64,000 nt of DNA from Octopus vulgaris (lineage: Eukaryota). Positions 55,558 through 64,000 of this stretch are shown here, one piece after another. Under the pieces are notes generated by a model. The model saw nothing but the letters and a program-made list of their open reading frames with translations. It searched no databases and was not told where the DNA came from. A program made the translations under genes and the position numbers. The stretch is from assembly GCA_951406725.2 (NCBI GenBank), contig OX597822.1:103106001-103170000 (forward strand), read 5' to 3'. The number at the start of each line of letters is the position of its first letter. Within the stretch, counting starts at the first letter, position 1.

Positions 55558-57929
55558 GGTGAACACTGTTCTCACCATCTACACCGGATACTCCCTCCTC
55601 CTCCCCCACCACCCCTTCCTACCCCTTCTCCTCATATGCTTTCACTGAGAAAAGACAAGCTGCTAGCGTCTCAGCTCATCAACCGCCCTCTGATCTTACG
55701 CTTCCTCCTGTTTTGAATCTGACACTGCCTCAATCCTACTATCTCCTTCCAGTCCCCTCCATGCCTCGTAATATCCTACGTTTTTATTTCTTACGAACCT
55801 GCACCAACCCTTCCTGCCATCGTTCCTCCTTACCCACCCAACCTTCCCCACACCTACCCATATATATATATACACATCCTACGTTTATATTTCTTACGAA
55901 CCTTCACCAACCCTTCCTGCCATCGTTCCTCCTCCCCCAACCTTCCCCACTGGTGCTCCCCTATATTACCTGCACCCCTTTACTATCTCTCCCTCTCTTT
56001 TCACTGGTGAAACCTTTCTCAGCTGGACCCCCCCCAACTCAACTCTACCCCGCATCCCGTTGCCCCCGTGTCCCTGGCACGTTAAAAGCTCGAACCGATC
56101 GTGACCGATGCCGGACCCCCCGGCCCCTGTGCAGGTGGCACGTAAAAAGCACCCAATCCACTCACGGAGTGGTTGGCGTTAGGAAGGGCATCCAGCCGTA
56201 GAAACTCTGCCAGAATCAGACTGGAGCCTGGAGCGGCCCCTGGCTTCCCAGACCCCGGTCGAACCGTCCAACCCGTGCTAGCGCGGAAAACGGACGTTAA
56301 ACGATGATGATGATGATGATGATGATATATATGTGTGTGTGGAGACGCAATGGCCCAGTGGTTAGGGGAGCAGACTCGTGGTCGTAGGATCGCGGTTTCG
56401 ATTCCCAGACCGGGCGTTGTGAGTGTTTATTGAGTGAAAACACCCAAAGCTCCACGAGGCTCTGGCAGGGGATGGTGGCGATTCCTGCTGTACTCTTTTG
56501 ACGCCACTTTCTCTCCCTCTTTCTTGTGTTGGCCTGCTTGTTTAGCCAGCGAGGTGGCGTCATTTGAAGGCTAAAACTATGCAAAGCGCATTGTGACCAG
56601 CGATGTGTAGCAACATCTGATAGCCTGGTTGGTCACGGTGATATATATATATATATATTTATTTCATAATCATCATCATCGATTAATATCCGTTTTCCAT
56701 GCTGGCATGGGTTGGACGGTTTGACTGGGGTCTTGAGAGCCAGTGGCTACACCAGGTTCTAATCTGGTCTGGCAGAGTTTCTACAGCTGGATGCCCTTCC
56801 TAATGCCAACCACTCCAAGTGTGGGTGCTTTTTATGTGCTACCGGTACAGGAGCCAGTAAGGCGGGCCTGGCAATGATCATGTTTGGATGGTGCTTTCTA
56901 TGTGCCACTGGCACAGGAACCAGTAAGGGGGTACTGGCGTCTGTCACGATCGGTTGGTGCTTTTTATGTGCCATTGGTACCGGAGCCAGTAAGGCGGGCC
57001 TGGCAACGAACATGTTTTGATGGTCCTTTTTAAGTGCCGCTGATATAGGAGCCAGTCAGAGGGTACTGGCATCAGTCATGATTGGTTGGTGCATTTTACA
57101 TGCCACTGGCACAGGACCCAGTAAAGCGGGCCTGGCATTGACCATGTTCGGATGGTGCCTTTAACGTGCCATCGGCACGAGAGCTAGTCAAGAATTTACT
57201 GGTTTATATAGGTAATATAAACCAGTTAATTCTTTGGATATTTAATATCCCTTAGGTGTGTTTTACACCTAGCTAAGTTGTTATACATTACATATACTCT
57301 TTTACTCTTTTACTTGTTTCAGTCATTTGACTGCGGCCATGCTGGAGCACCACCTTTAATCAAGCAACTCGACCCCGGGACTTATTCTTTTGTAAGCCCA
57401 GTACTTATTCTATCGGTCTCTTTTGCCGAACTGCTAAGTGACGGGGACATAAACACATCAGCATCGGTTGTCAAGCAATGCTAGGGGGACAAACACACAC
57501 ACACACATACATATATATATATACATATATACGACAGGCTTCTTTCAGTTTCCGTCTACCAAATCCACTCACAAGGCATTGGTCGGCCCGGGGCTATAGT
57601 AGAAGACACTTGCCCAAGGTGCCACGCAGTGGGACTGAACCCGCAACCATGTGGTTGGTTAGCAAGCTACTTACCACACAGCCACTCCTGTTTGAAATCC
57701 TTAACATTGCCAAACATAATTAGTGAAATATTAAAACTTGATCAGTGGTTTATATTTTTGATTGAAAAAATATATAAAAAAAACTCTTGTAATTTCATGT
57801 ATGCTTATATATTCTATTTTCTAATTGCAAACATTCTTCAGTTTGCAATTCTGTTGTTTTGAAATAGCATAAAAATAAACCTACCTTTTATTTTCTAATT
57901 ATATCAATTGATATTTTTTTTGTTTGTAG

Positions 57930-58054
57930 ATTTACAAATGGTTAATATTTCTCTCCGAGTTCTCTCTCGGCCAGATGCTATGCATTTACCTGCCATGTAC
58001 CGACGATTGGGATTAGATTATGAAGAGCGGGTCCTACCATCAATTTGTAACGAG
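57930..58054 (+). CDS. PHB2: Prohibitin-2 exon 4 (gene continues beyond the window)
   Basis: tttgtag|(D)[41 protein letters not shown]|gtaag. 125 nt; exons 1-4 total 139 codons. I found no next exon before 64000. Confidence 0.95.
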
Positions 58055-58904
58055 GTAAGGAACGAGTATTTGTTTTAAATTAGGTGCATGGTTAATTTTT
58101 TTTTTTTTGTTATAGATGGTTTTTTTATCAGTTGAATCAGTAGTCATGTAAAAGCTGTAGTAATCTAATTTCATCATCATCATCATCGTTTAACGTCCGC
58201 TTTCCATGCTAGCATGGGTTGAACGATTTTGACTGAGGGCTGGCGAACCAGATGGCTGCACCAGGCTCCAGTCTTGATCTGGCAGAGTTTCTACAGCTGG
58301 ATGCCCTTCCTAACGCCAACCACACAGATATAATGATCTATTAGAACTTATTTCAGATCTTATCCAAAATTTAAGGTTTGAATTCATTATTTAACACCCG
58401 TTTTCCATGCTGGCATGGGTTGGATGGTTTGACAGAAGCTGGTCACCTGAAGAACTGCCTGGGTTCCAGTCTACAACTGAATGTTCCTCCTACTGTCGAC
58501 CGCTTTGCAAAGTGTATTGGCTGCTTTTATGCAGGATCGGTATAGGTGTGTTTTTGTGATACCGGTATGGTTGTTTTTTACATGGCATCGGCGACCACAA
58601 GATTAGGAATGCTCAGTTGGAGAGGGATGCTGGGGACATGCTGTATGCAAGGACAACCATGCTTTTACTTAGCTTGACTTGTCTTAACCCTTTAGCATTT
58701 AAACCGGCCATATTCGGCCAAAAGTATTCTGCCTTTTTTATGGTCAAACTGGCCAGATCTGGTCTCTCACACCAACCCTACAATATCGTTTTAAAAATTA
58801 ACAGCTACCTCATCAAAATCTCATAGCTACAAGATAATGCATGATTAATTCAAAACAATGTGGATTAAAAAGGATTAATTTTGGCAGAATAATGCGAACA
58901 CTAA

Positions 58905-59870
58905 AGCACAGCAATACACCAGGAATCTCAGTCTTTGTCATACTCACTGTGAGGCCCAATGTTTGGAGATCCTTTCTCATCAGTTCACTCCATGTCTTTC
59001 TGGGGTCTACCCCTCCCTCATGTTCCCTCTGCAATTAGAAATTGGCACCACTTGATGCAACTACCTTCATACAGATGCATTACATGAGCATAACAGCACA
59101 GTCTTCTCTCTTGCACACTACATCTGATTCTTTGTGTACCCAGTTTTCCTCTGAAATCACTTACATCCTGTTGTATATGCTCACTGACATTACCCATCCA
59201 GTGGAGCATACTGGCTTTATTTCCTTCAAGCCTTTGCATATCTTCAGTAGTCACAGCCCATGTTTCACTGCCATATAGCATAGCTGTTTGTACACATTCA
59301 TCATACAATCTGCCTTTCACTCTGAAGGAGGAGAGGCCCTTTGTTACTAACAGAGGTAGTAGCTCTCTGAATTTTGCCCTGCCTATTCTTAGTCTAGCAG
59401 TTATGCTACTAACTAATTATCACAGGACGAAATGCTTACCACACAGCCACTCCTACGCCTATACTGTAAAGAAACTCCATACAGTGTCCCAGTGCAAATT
59501 GTGGACACATAAGAGGTGAAGCAGTATCACTGGAAGACTAACAGTGGTTGGCATTAGGAAGGGCATCCAGCTGTAGAAACTCTGCCAGACCAGATTGGAA
59601 CCTGGTGTAGCCACTGGCTCTCCAGACCTCAGTCAAACCGTCCAACTACTAACTCGGTCACCCAAGTAATGGAAACTGTCTACTATTTCTAAGGATTCCT
59701 CCTGATATTTAGAGGATATTTAGAGGAGTCTATTTTTTGCTAATTCCTGGTGTTTAATGTAGTTCCACATCTGCCACACATAAAGACTACTTTCTCTGTT
59801 AGTCTTCCGGCGATACTGCTTCACCTCTTATGTGTCCACAATTTGTACTGGGACACTGTATGGAGTTTCT
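58905..59870 (-). mobile_element. Decayed RTE LINE fragment with an internal templated insertion
   Basis: GRLYDECVQTAMLYGSETWAVT (59018-59320). PHD-region remnant at ~59760-59865. Confidence 0.8.
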
Positions 59871-62649
59871 TTACAGTATAGGCGTAGGAGTGGCTGTGTG
59901 GTAAGCATTTCGTCCTGTGATAATTTCGCCTTTACTATGGGGGGAAATATTACTTTGCTTGTAAACGGTGAGGGTTGCCAACAAGAAAAATACATTGAAA
60001 CGATGATGAATGGTGTTGAATGATTATGCTAATTGTATAATGGAATGAGTCGTGAAGTCATGTCTCAGAATGTTCAAATTCACTGTAGAGATGCTTTCAA
60101 GACTCGGGGGTTTTTTGCCCCCTGAAAGTATTGTATGAAAAATTAAGCAGGGCGGGGTCGTTTATTTTATTTTGTTTAGAAACAAATTAAGAAAGAGTTA
60201 TTTGTTTTGCAAGATTCTTTCGTGTGTTGAAGCATATTTTGTTGTGTCTGGGGAAAGTCATTTTCTTTTTGTGCCTTATAATGTAACACACTCACCAGTA
60301 AAATTTCCACTTTTCTAAAATTTTTGTTGCGTCTTGGAAAGTATTGAAAAGGTTGCAAGACGCAACGAAAATTTTAGGGAAATAAAAATAGGCGCAGGAG
60401 TGGCTGTGTGGTAAGTAGCTTGCTTACCAACCACATGGTTCCAGGTTCAGTCCCACTGCGTGGCATCTTGGGCAAGTGTCTTCTACTATATAGCCTCCGG
60501 CCGACCATTGCCTTGTGAGTGGATTTGGTAGACGGAAACTGAAAGAAGCCTGTCGTATATATGTATATATATATGTATGTGTGTGTATGTTTGTGCGTCT
60601 GTGTTTATCCCCCTAGCATTGCTTGACAACCGATGCTGGTGTGTTTACGTCCCCGTCACTTAGCGGTTCGGCAAAAAAAACCGATAGAATAAGTACTGGG
60701 CTTACAAAGAATAAGTCCCGGGGTCGATTTGCTCGACTAAAGGCGGTGCTCCAACATGGCCGCAGTCAAATGACTGAAACAAGTAAAAGAGTAAGAAATA
60801 AGTGGAAATTTTACCGGTGAGTGTGTTACATTATTAGAAAGAGTTGTTTCCCTTTAGCCTGCTCTGATTTTAGTAAAACTGAATTGGTTTAAACACACGT
60901 TTTAGCTCCCCTCTCCCACTCTCGTTTCTTTGAAGCAGCACCAGTTAGTGGAGGCGCAATGGCCCAGTGGTTAGGGCTGCGGACTCGCTGTCGGAGGATC
61001 GCGGTTTCGATTCCCAGACCGGGCGTTGTGTTTTTATTGAGCGAAAACACCTAAAGCTTCACGAGGCTCCGGCAGGGGGTGGTGGCGACCCCTGTTGTAC
61101 TCTTTCGCCCCAACTTTCTCTCACTCTTTTCCTCCTGTTTCTTGTCCCCGACTTCCTACGCAACCGCTGAGCCTGGATGCGCATTCATCCATCCGTCGAT
61201 GCTCTCGGTGTCGGAGGGGTTGACCTGCTTTCTCTTCTGCGGGTCTTACGAATAGCAAAGGACCACGTTTCGGACTTCTCCCACTACGAGCTCTGGGACG
61301 AAGACCGCTTCGCTCAACAGCAACAGCAGTGATTCAAAAGGGCATTTGCTAAATCTTCTTTTTTTTTGAAGTTACAATTACTTTCAAACACGCAAACATA
61401 CTTCATGCAACGTGTGTGGTATACTCTTTTACTCTTTTACTTGTTTCAGTCATTTGACTGCGGCCATGCTGGAGCACCACCTTTTAGTACTTATTCTATC
61501 GGTCTCTTTTTGCCGAACCGCTAAGTGACGGGGACATAAACACACCAGCATCGGTTGTCAAGCAATGCTAGGGGGACAAACACAGACACACAAACACACA
61601 TATACATATATACGACAGGCTTCTTTCAGTTTCCGTCTACCAAATCCACTCACAAGGCATTGGTAGGCCCGGGGCTATAGCAGAAGACACTTGCCCAAGA
61701 TGCCACGCAGTGGGACTGAACCCGCAACCGTGTGGTTGGTTAGCAAGCTACTTACCACACAGCCACTCCTGCGCCTATGTTTATAAACTCCTGCGGTATG
61801 TTTATAAACATAAAGTATATATGGCAATGTGTATGGTGTGTGCATGTTTATATACACATGTGTTTATATATATGTGTATATACATGTGTGTATAAGCGCG
61901 GAGTAGATGAAACAGGGACAACTGAAGAAAGGGGAATATTCCTTGTGTTGTATGTCTTGTTTCTCTGTTTTTTTCGTTGTTTGAAAATAAAGTTCGTTTC
62001 TATGTTTTTGTTTTTATGTTTTCGTTTCTCATTGTGTTCAACGTTTTTTTTTGATGTCCTCTACCCATATATGCATGTATATATGCACATAGATGTAGGT
62101 ATGTACATATATGTATGTATATATGCATATATTTATATATTATTTATATTATTATTACCTATATATACACACACACACACATATATAGTATGTATGTTTA
62201 TAAATGTATATAGTGTGTATTGGTGTGTACATATATGTATACACACACACACACTGTTTTGCAGAATGCAAAGCAAGCATGGTATAGATATCTATGAGGT
62301 AGTGTTCATTCAGATAGATGGAAACTAATATACACTTTAAAAAGATGGAAAAAATGGCAGGGGTGGGGTTGTGTGTGCAAAGCAGCCAAAGATAGAAGGG
62401 GAGTGGTGATGTGCTACATATTCCAGTGTGTCTCTAGCATAGAAAGTTAGGCATGCTCTTCTGATTAGGTTGATCTGGCTTCCCCTAAAGGGTCCATAGG
62501 AACTTGAGTTATTATATACACCTATGACATCATAGATCTTTATTATGTATGAATGTGGTCAAAGCATAGGTCATGGTGCCCTCGAAACAGCTGTTGAGAT
62601 AAGACTGTTACGTAACTTGTTTTGTTTACTTTGTATTCTTTATTCTGTA

Positions 62650-63858
62650 CTAGCACTATGACCCGGCAACGCTGGGTCATAGTGCTAGTGCATGCATATA
62701 CAGCTGCGTGCGTGCGCACATACACGCGAGTACTGTCCAAATCTCTGATGACCAATCACATACAGCTAGCTGGCATTCAATTGGCGTATCAAGTTTCGTG
62801 CATTTTGATTGGGTTTTTGGATAGAAAATTCACAAAAAAGTCACTTCTATTGATTTTTTAATGGCTTTGCGGGGTGACTGGGGAAATGTAAAGATGTGCA
62901 CGACCACCCTTGGATTGTTTTGAATGACCATAGAAAGTGCGAGCCCTCTAACTGAAAAATTGTGGATTTGTATAAAGGACACGCTCACAGACATTTTGCC
63001 GTTTATATATATACTAGCAGAATTGCCTGGCGTTGCTCGGGGCTGAATTGCTTGAAAGTACTGTTAATGATTGCACTGAATTATGATGATTATTCAGGCA
63101 AATATTGATATAAGCTTACGGTGGGAGATAAGGACTTAACGATCAAACGTGTGCCATTGCATTGTTTTGGGGGAACCAAATTTCTGATGAGCATTATAGG
63201 GGCACCAACTTTAAGTTTGAGAAAGTGTGGTGGTAGTCCGGGGTGCTCAAAGGAATTGAGTACCTCTATTGGATAGTTGATGACGTCCTCTGGGTCAGGA
63301 GTTGTATCGATAGACTGATATACATAGACTTCCCCAGGAATGAGTTTTAGCATTTCATCATTAATATGGTGAACAGTTTTATTCCTCGGGGCCAGTATAG
63401 CCTTTTTGCCAATCCAATCCATATTCTGATAATTAGCTTGTAGATCTGGGAACACTGCATCTCTGAGATCAGAAGGCGTCTTAACAATGGTACAAATGGA
63501 ATCGATGGCAATATTACCATTTTCATCCCCTGGTATTTTGCCTTCGCCAAGTGCAAGGAGGGTGTGAGGAAATGCTGCTGATGTGATATTACGTCGCATA
63601 TGAGCACGCATATTGGTGTGAAGTTTGAGAGTTACTTCCGTTTATTTAAAAAAATATGCATTAAAATGGGAAAAAATGATGGTAAATTATTTGTAAAATC
63701 ATAGACTCATCGTAGACGCGTGCTAATACCCAGAAGGGCTCGATATGAATCACGACTATAAGATACCCGGTTTTGGTTAAACTGCATCGCAAAATGTGGG
63801 AGTAGTTAGGAATCTAAATCGGAGTAGACAGACACACAACCTTTCTTTTATATATAAA
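62650..63858 (-). mobile_element. Two head-to-tail Helitrons; the second (63014-63858) retains a Pif1-like helicase fragment
   Basis: CTAG ends with hairpins at 62650 and 63014. ORF 63090-63611 contains AILAPRN..HINDEML..GLPPHFLKLKVGAPIMLIRNL..CNGTRL (RepHel helicase). Confidence 0.9.
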
Positions 63859-64000
63859 TATTTTCGTCCTAAAACACTTTGTATGGATTGAATGGTTACC
63901 TCTATGGAAATATATACACGCACATTATACATACATGTGTGTATAGATGAATATATAAATACATTTAAATATCTATATACACTTTTGGGCGATCTTTGTG

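Noticed and set aside
55218-55648. Proline-rich or glycine-rich structural protein ORFs
   Set aside because: Translation of an 18-bp minisatellite, open in several frames on both strands, inside a PHB2 intron.
60003-60126. Possible C/D snoRNA in a PHB2 intron (vertebrate PHB2 hosts a scaRNA, recalled)
   Set aside because: ATGATGA and CTGA are present, but there is no terminal stem or recognisable guide. An Infernal search would be needed.
61905-61950. Hammerhead-like CTGAAGA plus hairpin
   Set aside because: No GAAA core follows stem II.
62400-62532. Possible H/ACA RNA
   Set aside because: The first hairpin is too short and the second too long and poorly paired.

Overview
Eukaryotic, AT-rich, repeat-dense genomic DNA. 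The SINE families look like those described from octopus (recalled, not searched). There are three host genes. (1) A single-exon 137-aa single-pass membrane protein at 6222-6635 (+) that aligns without gaps to the vertebrate KCNE/MinK potassium-channel beta-subunit motif. This is the top finding, because KCNE sequence homologues are generally regarded as vertebrate-restricted. (2) A complete three-exon mitochondrial sirtuin SIRT4 on the minus strand (32588-21948, 327 aa). (3) Exons 1-4 of prohibitin-2 (PHB2) on the plus strand (43137-58054, continuing past the window), divergent from SIRT4. The rest is transposon-derived: a near-intact RTE LINE with a PHD finger inserted in its reverse transcriptase, a Penelope-like element with a minimal hammerhead ribozyme, mariner, hAT, piggyBac-type MITEs, Helitrons, CRE-like and L1/Tx1 fragments, several SINE families, fold-back elements, tandem arrays and templated inverted insertions. 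Repeat boundaries were read by eye and are approximate. Exon boundaries were checked base by base.
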